The translations under genes were made by a program, and so were the position numbers. Positions 12,480 through 25,142 of a stretch of 64,000 nucleotides of DNA are shown here, in pieces (the stretch's first letter is position 1; each line of letters begins with the position of its first letter). The notes beneath the pieces are model-generated. The model saw only the letters and a program-made list of their open reading frames with translations. It ran no database searches and was not told where the DNA came from. The DNA is from Octopus bimaculoides. Lineage: Eukaryota. The stretch lies in assembly GCF_001194135.2 (NCBI RefSeq), contig NC_068987.1, forward strand, positions 89,716,714 to 89,780,713. The letters run 5' to 3'.

Positions 12480-13792
12480 AGGAACTTATTTCTTGAAATG
12501 AGAAGGAAAACATTTCTTGTACTGTTGACTGTAACATTTGGCTGTGTCTGTCATGTGAGGAAAAATTTTGGCATTGGTTGACAATATCTTTTTATGTTCA
12601 CACGTGGCCAAATTCATTTTAAAAATTGCTAATGTGTGTTTGTGGTTAGTTTCTGAATTTGAAAGAGAATCCGCAATCGTTTCAGCTTTTTAATTATTGT
12701 ATCAAAGATCAAATTATAATGTGGCCAATTCGCTATTGATCATTTACCATTATTCATCATGGGACTGAATTTTTCTATATCAGCATTAGACAATATCTCT
12801 CATTGAATTAACTCTGCTGTGATATATATTTTAAGTCTTTATATCATATCTGTGAGTTTGTATTATTTTTCCTGCTCGTATGTATGCACACATATCTGAT
12901 TGTATGTATGTATGTATGCATGTATGTATATATGTATGTATGCATATCTGAGTGTATGTATCTATATGTGTATGTATGTATGTATGTGTTTGATAATCAT
13001 TGTGAGAATTGTCATATAACAAACAAATGTATCAGAGAAAACGTCTGAAACACGATAACATTGAAAATGTCATTAACTTTTAAAGACATGTTGATATGTC
13101 ACGACATAAAACAAAAAATTAATAAAACAATAGTAATATATTTTTAATAGCTTGACATTTTTTAATGTTACATTAATTATCCTTGCATCAATTGTCTCCA
13201 ACTTCCAAAGTATTAATTAAAGTTATGCTGTTTCCATATTCTACCTCTCACTTTCTTCTCTGGCTTTAAATGTGGAAGAGTAACTGAGCTATTATGGTTA
13301 TTATAATTATTATTATTAGTGCCAATAATGTTGTCGTTGTTGGACACACTTCTTATCAAATGAAGCAATATTCAGTGAGAGATTGTGTCTCCTATGCATT
13401 CCTGTCTCCATCCATCTTTCTCTCTCGTTCATCCCATGAAAACTGAACCCTGCTCTCCTTGCAAGTGATTCTCAAGATATGGAGGGGAAAAACATCCCGC
13501 ACAATCTATTTATTTTAATTTTTTAATCTTTTTCTTTAAACCAAATGAACAAATTTAATTACACTTACCCCTCCCCCCTTGCAAAAAAAAAATAAACAAT
13601 AGCAAAAAAACAAGTGATGTTCTAAACATCATTTGGTTAATGATCTAATTTATTTTATTTTTCTAATTGTAGCTATGTTTATTATTTACTCCCCCACCAC
13701 CAATTTCATAAGTATTGCTAATATTGTTTCAGTAAGTATTTAACCCAATTAATATTTGTTAATTATATTTTTCTCCATTTACTTTGATTTCT

Positions 13793-13798
13793 AATAAA
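13793..13798 (+). promoter_or_regulatory. Candidate polyadenylation signal of the SDR gene
   Basis: AATAAA followed by U/GU-rich sequence. Another AATAAA lies near 13121; AT-rich DNA makes chance hits likely. Confidence 0.3.
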
Positions 13799-14479
13799 AT
13801 AATAATTATAATATAAAATTCCATATCTTGTAATTACTAAATATTTTCTTGTATTTGCTGTTTTTGTTTCATATTTATAATTTCTTTTTTTTTTTTTTAC
13901 ATGAGATGTGTGTATGTGTGCATGTGTATCTGAGAATTGGGTGAAGAATTGTTAGGTGATCCTAACAATGGAAGAGGATGACTAAAGGAAAAGTTCGGAA
14001 AAGCCTGTTCTTAGGATCTTAAACTTTCATGAAGGAGGTTGGAGAGGACTACAGCAAGTGGTGAAATACTGAGGTGGAGATAACTTGTCTAACCTATGCC
14101 AGAATGGTAAAACAGACAAGAACGATTTCTAAATTGGATATTGTCATCTTTGTTGTTTTTACATCTACTTTTCCATGCTTTTGTGGGTCAAACAAGGATC
14201 TGTTGAGGTAGAGTTTCTATGGCCAGCTTCTCTTGGCATCAACCCATTCTTATTTCCAATAATCTCCCAGTCTATGAAACAACAAACAGCCTGAATATGT
14301 GGAGAGCTGGAAACCTGACAGTGTATGAGACCTTTGTTTACATGTCAAGAGATCCCCACATGTTTCTATAATGGGTTGCAAACCAATGACCCCATCTGAA
14401 AGCTAATGTTTACAAACCAGTGGAAATGAAGGAAATACAAAATCTCGCAAACGTTTACATACAGACACTTGAGAGATGT

Positions 14480-14960
14480 ACTATGGACATATTAGAACTA
14501 GATTCTCTTAAGTGCTTTGGTAGCTCACTAGTAGTACTAGGTAGCTTTTAGTATATAGATGTAATTAGCAAAGAAAGTGGTTTCTCTGAAAGCATGGTAG
14601 CCAGAGTAAGAACAGGTTGGAAAAAACTCAGGGAGCTACTACTGGTAACAAAAGTCTTTCCCCTCCTCTCACTCTTTAATTCTCCATCTCTTAGTACAAA
14701 GTCTTCTCCATCTCCATTGTAGTTCCACTCAATCAAAGATAATCTTAGTCTTGCAAGCTGCATGGCCACCTCACTAGTGCTGGTGCCACATAAAAAGCAC
14801 CCAGTACACTCTGTAAAGTAGTTGGTATCAGGAAGGACATCAAGTTGTGGAAATCATGTTAGAGCGAATATTGGAGCTTGATGCAGGAACTGGACCCATC
14901 AGATCCTGTCAAACTGTCTACCCAAAGCCAGCAATAAACATGGCTGTTAAATGATCATCA
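14480..14960 (+). mobile_element. RTE-type LINE remnant (post-RT region joined to 3' UTR)
   Basis: Decayed DVISKESGFSESMVARVRTGWKKLRELL followed by a degenerate copy of the RTE 3' UTR. Confidence 0.65.
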
Positions 14961-17900
14961 TGGGGTGTGTGTGTGTGTGTGTATAAAATATGGGAAGAGC
15001 TGTCATCAATAGTTTATGCTTTTGACCAGAAGTCCTCTTGACCAAAGCTGACCTGGGGCTGGACTACATTGCTATTCTCTATTGTATGATACACAAATAT
15101 AAAATATTTAAAAAAAATTTCTGTTAATAGACTCAAGTTTAAGATGTTGCTAATCCCTATGGGTGCAGTGGGATGGAGGCTAGGAAGGTTGACAGGATTG
15201 TGTTTATTTGTGTCACTTTATGATCCTGAAGTTCTGGTTTCAATCTCAGTGTGTGGTGTCATAAGCAAGGGTCCCATAGTTAAAATTGGGTAGATAGACT
15301 GTTTAAGCTCAATAGATGAAGTCAACTTGTAAGACTAAGGAACAAGTTTGTCACATTGAATCTACTTGGGATTATGTTAAGGCACACAAGAACATGGCTG
15401 TGTGCTTAAGAAGTTTGCCCCCAAACCATGTGGATTTGGGTTCAGTCACATCACGTGGCACCTTGGGCTAGTGTTTTCTTCTATAACCCCATGCTGATGA
15501 AAACCTTGTGAATGAATTTGGCAGATGAAAATTGAAAGAAGCTGGTGTGTGTGTGTGTGTGTGTGTGTGNNNNNNNNNNNNNNNNNNNNNNNNNNNNNNN
15601 NNNNNNNNNNNNNNNNNNNNNNNNNNNNNNNNNNNNNNNNNNNNNNNNNNNNNNNNNNNNNNNNNNNNNNNNNNNNNNNNNNNNNNNNNNNNNNNNNNNN
15701 NNNNNNNNNNNNNNNNNNNNNNNNNNNNNNNNNNNNNNNNNNNNNNNNNNNNNNNNNNNNNNNNNNNNNNNNNNNNNNNNNNNNNNNNNNNNNNNNNNNN
15801 NNNNNNNNNNNNNNNNNNNNNNNNNNNNNNNNNNNNNNNNNNNNNNNNNNNNNNNNNNNNNNNNNNNNNNNNNNNNNNNNNNNNNNNNNNNNNNNNNNNN
15901 NNNNNNNNNNNNNNNNNNNNNNNNNNNNNNNNNNNNNNNNNNNNNNNNNNNNNNNNNNNNNNNNNNNNNNNNNNNNNNNNNNNNNNNNNNNNNNNNNNNN
16001 NNNNNNNNNNNNNNNNNNNNNNNNNNNNNNNNNNNNNNNNNNNNNNNNNNNNNNNNNNNNNNNNNNNNGTGTGTGTGTGTGTGTGCGTGCGCGTGCGTGC
16101 GTGTGCGCGCGCGTCCTTGTCTTGACATCATGTGATGGTTGTAAATGAACATCACTGTCAAACAAGTGAGGTTGTTTGTATCCAGTATTCCATGAACGAC
16201 ATATCTGGACATGAGGAAATATTATCTTGCAGGGAAATGGTGTGGGTTGGTGACAGGAAGGGCATCCAGGCTGTAGAAAATCTGCCTCCATGAATCCTGT
16301 CTGACTCATGCCAACATGGATCTTAAATGGTGGTGGTGATGGTGGTAAGTGTTTGCTACATTAGAATACAATGAATGGTTATTGATTAGGTAGCTGCTAT
16401 AGCTTGTAGTTACAATGGTCAAATGCCAAGAACATGCCTTTGCTGAGACCAACACAAGATTGAATATTGGGGTAAAATGAGTTGAATGGTTGATTTGTCA
16501 CTTTATTGATTTAGGAATTCATGTTTCGTGCAACATTTGATTCTGTCCTTTGGTATCAATGCATGGCTGTGGGATCAAGAAGCTCATTTTGTAATCATGT
16601 GGTTTTAGGTTCAATCCCACTGTGTGGCACCTTGAGCTGGTGTCTTCTATGATAGCTTCATGTTGAACAGTGCCTTTTGAACATATTGGTAGACAGAAAC
16701 TGTGTGGAAGCCTGGTGTGTGTGTGGGGGGGCTCCTGTGCAGGTAGCACATAAAGAGCACCATTTGAGTATGGTCAATCAATGCCAGTGCAGTCTGACTG
16801 GCGCCCGTGCCAGTGGCATGTAAAAAGCACCATTCTGTCATGGTCAATGCCAGTGCCACCTGACTAGCCCCTGTGCTAGTGACACGTAAAAAGCACCAAT
16901 TGCACTCTTAGAGTGGTTGGTGTTAAGAAGGGCATCTAGCTGTAGAAACCTTGCTAGATCAGATTGGGGCCTGGTTTAACCCCCAGTCAAACTGCCCAAC
17001 CCATGCCAGCATGGAAAGTGAATGTTAAACGATGATGATGATGATGATATACATACGTGTGTGTGTGTGTTTGTCCCCCCCCCCAACCACTGCTTGGTTT
17101 GTCTTTGTCCCTGTAACTTAACAGTTCAACAAAGTAACAGTAAGTATCAAACTTAAAGATAAGTACCGTTCTTCAAGGTGGTGCCCCAGCATGGCCGTGG
17201 CCCAATGATTGAAACAAGTAATAGATATATGTATATATGTGTGGGTGTGTGAACGTATATAACTCCTTATGTCAAACAAGTAGGAAATTTGCCAGCATCG
17301 ACTCTGTTTTGGGGGAATCAATCTGGAAATGTTACCAATGGCCTGGGTTGTGATTCTGTGTCCTGTTCAGAAGGAGAAATATCTACATCCTGTTTACTCA
17401 CAACTCTATAATATTCTGCAGCTTATTTTATAAGCTGCCTCTTTAGTCCACAACATTTAATAAATCATCGTATATGATATGTTTCAGGTGATTCTGGTGA
17501 CCAAAGCTTATGTTGCTGTAATGGCCATGCTCCAATGAATAGCACAGATGCTTACAGAGAAGTGATTATCAATTCAATGGCTTTCAAGTGCAAAAAAAGA
17601 AGGCCCTAAAATAGCTTTTATCTGTTTAATAATATATATTTTTCTTGTTTTGTTTTTGTCTCGCGCACTCAAGGTCATTGATTGCTGCTGCTGCTGTTAG
17701 TGGTGTAGGAAGGAAGTGTTGTTGGTTTGCTTTCAATGTTTTATGTATTTTTATTTTTGTATATTTAGTTTTTGTTTCTTAATATTAGTTATTTTGTGTG
17801 GTAGAGACATCACGTTACTCCATTTAATATCATTTACTGTCCCTTTTGTTGAGTTCCCTCTATTATAAACGTTTGAATCCAGCTTCCAGTAGGAATTACG

Positions 17901-18500
17901 CTTATCATCACCTCATAACACATTGGCATATTCTACACATTCCTAGATGTCAAAATTTACCACCAAAGCAACATGACATTTCTCCCCCTCCCCTCTAATA
18001 CCCGTGGACTCCAATCCAATTTAGGACAGACACATTACCACTTATATCATGCAATTCTCCCACCCTATTCTCACTCAAACCTCTCACCTTTTATTGTCCA
18101 TCTCTGCTGTCCAGCTTACACCTCCATATTCAAACTCTGCTTTAAGAAGGTAGTATCTGTGCACGTGTGTAGACACCACTCTTTCTGTTGCTCACCTGTA
18201 AAAGGAGTAACCTCAAAGTCACCTGTATTCACTCACCTGTAAATGAGAAACCCTGTAATGGCCTAGCATCCCATTCAGGGGGAATGTTGTGATTTTGGTC
18301 ATTTAATACGCCATAGGAACTAGGTAACTGGCCCTATGACTCTAAAAACTTGAGGCAGTAATGTCCAGGGGCTTGAGGCTGATGATGTCACTCACCTCAC
18401 ACCTGGATAATCAGTAACAAAGACTTCAACTTAATTCAGCTGAAATTCTTCCTCCCATTTTTTCTAAATACATCACTGTCACCACATCTATTTGGTTACC

Positions 18501-18630
18501 CATCTACTTGCAGGCGGACACAGTCTTGATCATCTAGTTGTTGGTAGCGACAGCCTCGGTCATCTAGTTACTGGTAACGATGGCCTAGGTCATCTCGTTG
18601 CTGGTAGCGACAGCCTCGGTCATCTAGTTC
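18501..18630. repeat. 30-bp minisatellite, about 4.3 units
   Basis: The unit CATCTAGTTGCTGGTAGCGACAGCCTCGGT starts at 18501, 18531, 18561, 18591 and 18621. Confidence 0.9.
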
Positions 18631-19800
18631 CGATATTAATCTTGGGCATGTACTTACTAGTGCCAGGAATCTTGTCCGTCTGTTTGCTAGAGGCCTCAGC
18701 CACCTGGTAGCTAGCGACAGTCACTTGACAGTGGCTGTCATCTTGGTTGAGAATGAAAGTGAGACTATATTTTTAGAGATGAAAATCTGCACAGAGGGAA
18801 CTTGTTAGGGAAGGTATAAATCTCAAAGCCCTTTCTGACTTGAATGGCTTGTCAAGATGTATCTTTTTGTTTTTGGCAGAGAGCCAAGATCTCGCATGTG
18901 GGGCGCTGCAAACAGCTTAAGGGCCTTCTGTCCACAGACAAAAGGGAGACAATATAACTGCCTGTTGCCAGTATATAAACACAACAGAACATTAACAATA
19001 GAAGAATGTTGTCACAGAACTAGCAGCAGCAATAACAGCAAAAACTATCTAGAAAAATAATTTTTTGTGAATTTAAATTTAGCAAAAAGCGAAATGAAAC
19101 GAAACAAAAAAAAAAAAAAAAAAAAAANNNNNNNNNNNNNNNNNNNNNNNNNNNNNNNNNNNNNNNNNNNNNNNNNNNNNNNNNNNNNNNNNNNNNNNNN
19201 NNNNNNNNNNNNNNNNNNNNNNNNNNNNNNNNNNNNNNNNNNNNNNNNNNNNNNNNNNNNNNNNNNNNNNNNNNNNNNNNNNNNNNNNNNNNNNNNNNNN
19301 NNNNNNNNNNNNNNNNNNNNNNNNNNNNNNNNNNNNNNNNNNNNNNNNNNNNNNNNNNNNNNNNNNNNNNNNNNNNNNNNNNNNNNNNNNNNNNNNNNNN
19401 NNNNNNNNNNNNNNNNNNNNNNNNNNNNNNNNNNNNNNNNNNNNNNNNNNNNNNNNNNNNNNNNNNNNNNNNNNNNNNNNNNNNNNNNNNNNNNNNNNNN
19501 NNNNNNNNNNNNNNNNNNNNNNNNNNNNNNNNNNNNNNNNNNNNNNNNNNNNNNNNNNNNNNNNNNNNNNNNNNNNNNNNNNNNNNNNNNNNNNNNNNNN
19601 NNNNNNNNNNNNNNNNNNNNNNNNNNNNNNNNNNNNNNNNNNNNNNNNNNNNNNNNNNNNNNNNNNNNNNNNNNNNNNNNNNNNNNNNNNNNNNNNNNNN
19701 NNNNNNNNNNNNNNNNNNNNNNNNNNNNNNNNNNNNNNNNNNNNNNNNNNNNNNNNNNNNNNNNNNNNNNNNNNNNNNNNNNNNNNNNNNNNNNNNNNNN

Positions 19801-19838
<38 letters not shown>

Positions 19839-19933
19839 CATTTAGTGCTACTTTGGCGTGTTATCTACAATTTAAAGGGATATTACTTTGGGTTATTTTT
19901 TAGTTTACCTTTTAATTTTTAAAAACTCTTACG

Positions 19934-20145
19934 ATGTTGGCTAAAGATTTTTACAATATGATCAGCGACGAGACAAAGGCAGTTGCATTTTTACGAGGAA
20001 ATGGCCTTTTAGATGATGAAGAAAATGTTGCACCATGTCATCGTTGTGGTGGAAGAAATAACGGAAACTCGAAGAGAAGGGAAAAACAGTGAAATTTTGC
20101 CAACTTTACGTTGCAAAACTGGCAGCTGCCAAACTTGTGTAATCT
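19934..20145 (+). mobile_element. Frameshifted N-terminus of a Merlin/IS1595-like transposase
   Basis: MLAKDFYNMISDETKAVAFLRGNGLL...PCHRCG, then after a frameshift LRCKTGSCQT: a CxxC...CxxxxC zinc ribbon preceded by FL..GLL. Confidence 0.5.
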
Positions 20146-20578
20146 AGGCGCTTATTTTAATTATAATATTCTCTATTCTTGGTTTCTGACTATTATTTAC
20201 TAAGACATAAACGAAACATGGTTTTATTATTATTAAAATAGTAAGAATTTTGAAAAAAAAAATGCATTTACAATGCTAAGTATTTTTTTATTCTTTTATT
20301 TGTTTCCGTCATTTGACTGCGGCTATGCTGGAGCACCGCCTTTAGTCGAGCAAATCGACCCTAGGATTTATTCTTTGTAAGTCTAGTACTTATTGTATCG
20401 GTCTCTCTTGCCGAGCCGCTAAGTTACGNNNNNNNNNNATCGACCCTAGGATTTATTCTTTGTAAGTCTAGTACTTATTGTATCGGTCTCTCTTGCCGAG
20501 CCGCTAAGTTACGGGGATGTAAACACACCGGCATCGGTTGTCAAGCGATGTTGGGGGGACAAACACGCAAGCATATAC

Positions 20579-20630
<52 letters not shown>

Positions 20631-22616
20631 GTGTGTATACACGACGGGCTTCTTTCGTGGGTTTGCTTCAGTTATTATTCACGCAAACCAACAATATTCC
20701 GCACGTACACTACAACAATAATAATAAAGCCATCCACTTCGACAATGGCGACTCAGACGTTTGACGTATATTACCATTGGCCGGCTCAACTCTTAGCAAC
20801 TAGCACCTTGTGACTGTCCTTTTCCCCAAACTTCTTTGAGCCTAGGTTTAAATTTCTTGTCTTTAATCGACTGACTACATCCTAGAATATCCTGGTTCGC
20901 TGATGAAGTCATAAGACAGAAACATCAAGGGTTATCCTACGTACATACAGGAAAAATGAAAATATTATAAGTCACCCTATGTACGATGAATAGCGACAAT
21001 CATATTTATTCTTAATACGTTCTGGCACATTCGAACTGGAATATGCTAATCGCTGGTGTGTTTCGTCAGAGGAGAACAACATCTCTTTTACTGCAAATAA
21101 GTGTTCATAACACTCGATTCAGTAACACAAGGGACTCTGGGACAGCGGTTTTCTGATGTAGTTGTATTTCGCAAGCTAGAGGCATCCCTGGACAAATGAA
21201 CCTAACAAAAGGGCCGATTCTTTTGTTTATAACACCAGCGAACAAACTGCTTACTGAATCGTACTGATATCTGTCAACCGACAAATCGTCACGTGCACAG
21301 TGAACAGTAAGAACAGAGAAAATTTTGTAATGAAAAACAAACAAAAAATAATATTATCTCTCGTAAATTTATTAATGTCTGCATTAAATACGTTAACACT
21401 GACTTGACTGTTGCGTTTCATACTGATGTTAAACCTAAATTATTATTTATATTAGTTTTATGGCAGACAATGTGACAAAAGATTAAGTCAGTAGAAGCAA
21501 CAGGAATCTAAATAAAAGATACCATCTGACTTGTCTCTCAACGCTTCTGCAAAAAATCACCGTAGCATTAGTATCTGTTGAATGGGAGTTGTGTGTGTGT
21601 GTGTGCGTGTGGAGCTAGTTTTATACTATGATATATTCATTTATAAGAAAGTCACTTATTAATCAGATGGGAGTATGTACTGAAAGAAAGGAATTATTAA
21701 AGTCTACAATGACCAGAAAATTCTTAAAAATTCCAATTTTATATTTTTCACATTGTGGTTTATTATTTTATTATTGAAAGTTTCAACTACACGATTCAGC
21801 CAGAAAACTCTTTAAATCACTGTGAGATAGCGGTTTTTTAAAACGTTTTACCACGTTTCCTCTTTGTCCTTTGTCTTTCTCGCACAGTTTTACTGTTTCC
21901 TTGCAACAATATTTCTCTATCTTTGACTTGACAGTGGAGATGGTGCGAGTACATATGAGAATGTGTTGTCTAATCAATGTTAACACAGAGGTCTGTTACA
22001 TCTGGGACAGTAAGACCTGTAGGCTACACTTAGTCTTTCGGCCGATTGCTTATGTGACATAAATCTGCTTGATTAAGATCAACCTAGGCCTAAACAGCAA
22101 CAGAAGAATTCGAACTGTATACGATCCTACTCTTATCATCACTATTTAACATCCACTTTTCTATGCTTGCATGGGTCAGACGGAATTTTTTGAGACAGAT
22201 TTTCAATGGCTTGATGCCCCTTCTGTCGCTAACCCTCACCCATTTCCAAGTAAGGCTATATTTCCCCCATGGCCAAACTTGTTTTTCATGGAAGACTAGA
22301 AACTAACAACCTCTCATGTATGACGATGATACACACACACGCGCATACGCACACACATACACACACATACATACACACATATAGTATACACAATGTGCTT
22401 CTTTCAGTTTCCGTCTACCAGATCCACTGACAAGGCTTTGGTCGACCCAGGGCTATAGTTGAAGGCATTTACCCGAGATGCCACGCATTCGGATTGAACC
22501 TAAGACTACTTAGTTGGGAAGCAACTGCAATGCCTGGAATCTACATTTGTATTTAGTATCGAGAACGCTTTCTTGATGTAGTTTTTTTTTCTCAGCCATA
22601 TTGTCAAGAAAGAAGA

Positions 22617-22805
22617 TCAACTTACAGGAGAAATTTCTGGTTGGATGGAAATGTGTTGTATTCCTGCTTTCTTCATTAATTGTTTGATTTGATGAAAAGA
22701 GTTGAGGAAATGAGAAGACGTGACAACATAATGCAACGTGATAACAACTGTATTGTCTGTTAGCTGCCATAAATGAAGTTCATGGACATTGAGAACACCA
22801 GGAAC
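22617..22805 (-). CDS. SLC30-like transporter, exon 5 (cytoplasmic domain); ends at TGA 22617 or splices at 22626
   Basis: tttttcatctcag| acceptor. Encodes VPGVLNVHELHLWQLTDNTVVITLHY...AGIQHISIQPEISP(VS*), with the HELHxWQL and HxxIQPE motifs. Five exons total 1005 nt = 334 aa + stop. Confidence 0.92.
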   Translation of the reverse strand, partial: VPGVLNVHELHLWQLTDNTVVITLHYVVTSSHFLNSFHQIKQLMKKAGIQHISIQPEISPVS

Positions 22806-22914
22806 CTGAGATGAAAAAATACAATTAGCTTGATTAATAAAGCAAACGGTAGGATTACAGGAAGTTTGAATTAACTGTGTGCATTGTCTTTCCATTATAC
22901 TTTATAGCGAGCTG

Positions 22915-23144
22915 AGGCGGTGAGCTGGCAGAATTATTAGCACACTGGGCGAAATGCTTAGCGGTATTTCGCCCGTCGCTACGTTCTGAGTTCCAATTCT
23001 GCTGAGGTCGACTTTGCCTTTCATCCTTTCGGGGTCGATGGAATAAGTACCAGNNNNNNNNNNNNNNNNNNNNNNNNNNNNNNNNNNNNNNNNNNNNNNN
23101 NNNNNNNCCCAATTTCAGGCCTTGTGCCTTTAGTAGAAAGGATT
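22915..23144 (+). mobile_element. tRNA-derived SINE family A (AGGCGGCGAGCTGGCAGAA head; TTTCATCCTTTCGGGGTCGATAAA core)
   Basis: Most abundant repeat in the window. Other copies near 23325, 24725, 26115, 27820, 35311, 36670, 40590, 44291, 44975, 45215, 45488, 46440, 51820, 62100, 63110 and 63565. Confidence 0.9.
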
Positions 23145-25059
23145 ATACTTTATACCTAGTTAAGGAGGTTGATAAGATTCAAATATGCTTTCAATATTTG
23201 TTGAAAGGAATATCGTAGTTGATAGCATAAAAAATGAGCGGGCGTTTTAGACTCACCCTAATTTCATCAGCGCATATTCAGGAAAAAGTGGTTTTGATAC
23301 ATTAAAGCATGGGATATTTATGTTCTGAGTTCTGAGTTCAAATTCCGCCGAAGTCGATTTTGTATTTCATTCTTTCGGGGTCGATAAAATAAGAACCAAT
23401 TAAACACTGGAATGAATGTAATCGACTTGTCCTCTTCTCCCGAAATTGCTGGCCTTGTACCCACATTTGAAACCAATATTTACAGAAACTTTACTTATAG
23501 GACTCAGGGGGTTGGCTATTTTTGAAACTATTTTGTTAAAAACTGTGTCGTATATGCCATCAAATGCTATAGAATTATAGTGCTAATTATGCGCGTTAAT
23601 GTCTTTTACTGGCCGCATTCTTGCTGCTAATAAACCATTTTGATGGCCATTGGCTCAGATATGTTAACATTAACTCAATTTTTAGATAATTTTATATTCT
23701 TTACTTTTGTTTTGTGATTCTGATCACAGCGGGTGGAGTGTTGTTTGTCGTAAGATTGTGTCAGCTGAAGTGGTACAGTGGTGCAGTGAAGGCTGCAGTG
23801 GCGCCGTGTTGTATTGCTTGCAGCGATGTCGAATTAGTTGAAATATCATAGTGTTGGTTGTAGTGGCACAGATAGAGAAGGTAGGATAACAATGTCTGCA
23901 GTATGGTAACGGTGAGACTTTGGTTGGGAAGGAGTTTCTGCATCAGTGTAGCTGTGGTTGTTTGTGTAGTGGTGTGATGGGTAACGTGGCTGGTTGTGTG
24001 TTGGCTGTAGTGATGGTGTGTTAATGTTGGTTACTACAGAGTTGGTGTCTTTGGAGACCGGGTATAAACCATGGTATTAATGATTGTCATATCAGTTCCT
24101 CCTCCTCCTCCTCCTCCTCCTCCTCCTCCCCCTCAGCAGCATTTAACGACCGTTTTCCATGCTGGCAAGGGTTGGACGGTTTGACAAGCTGGTAAAGCCA
24201 GGAGCCGTATCAGGTTTTTCCACTGCCGCAGGGTTTTAGAAGCGAGAAGAACGAGGGGCAAAAAAGAGGAAATATGACAATTCACTGGATGCAACCACAA
24301 GAAACACCGGCCTTTCAAGATGTCAAGTTGTCCTCATGGAGGAGGCATGAGTAGATACTTGAGAGTGGACTCTGCAACAAGGACCCAAGTGTCCAGTGGT
24401 GATGATGGTGGGGAAGGATTAAACTGGGTATCTGACTGGAAATGGAAACGAGGCTAATTAGTCACTTCACAGGAACTTAACGTTTTACATCTCGCACCTG
24501 GGAGGTCGTCGTATTACTTTAAAAAAAGGGTTCTTATATCGAAGGAGAGGACTTGAATGGAGATAGGAAGAAAAATAAGTGAGGTGGAGGATATCATGCC
24601 TTACCAAGAGTATTATCAATGATCCAAAAGAATGATGTTTTTTTTAAAAAAAAACCTGTTAAACCCTGTAATATTGTTGTTGGGAATATTCTAAAATTGT
24701 TTCAAATTTTGACACAAATTCAGCAGTTTTGAAGAGAGGGGCCTCATCGATCGCCGTACTTGACTGGTACTTATCATTTTATCGACCCCGAAGGGATGAA
24801 AGGAAAAGTCAGATCGGGCGGCATTTGAACTCAGAACGCTAAAACGGACGAAATACCGCCAAGCATTTTGTACGGCATGCTAACGATTCTGCCAGCTCAT
24901 CACTTTGGAATGTTCTGATATCGAAACGTCATTAACTCTTGTTACTCTATAATTCATCTTAGTCGGATTATGTAATACATTTTATGACCAATTACATAAT
25001 CCATTAAAAAAAAATAATCATCATAACTAACGGTTATTATGAAATAGCTGTTGTCTTAC

Positions 25060-25142
25060 TATTTTCTTAATTTGTTCCATGAAGTCTTCAGCTCGAATAT
25101 CATTTGGAAGAGTTTGCAGCATGATGTGTGATGTTCTGTAAA
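25060..25142 (-). CDS. SLC30-like transporter, exon 4
   Basis: tcttttgcag| acceptor, ATA|GTAAGA donor. Encodes (L)YRTSHIMLQTLPNDIRAEDFMEQIKKI, matching the ZnT ILLQTVP motif. Confidence 0.9.

Noticed and set aside
21783-21986. Cys-containing minus-strand ORF (KYCCKETVKLCEK) as the ZnT tail exon
   Set aside because: There is an in-frame stop just upstream (21998-21996), and the nearest acceptors give other frames at phase 0.
23700-24080. Hydrophobic-looking minus-strand ORF as the missing ZnT TM5-6 exon
   Set aside because: The real TM5-6 exon is at 30284-30481. This stretch is CA-rich low-complexity DNA, probably repeat-derived.
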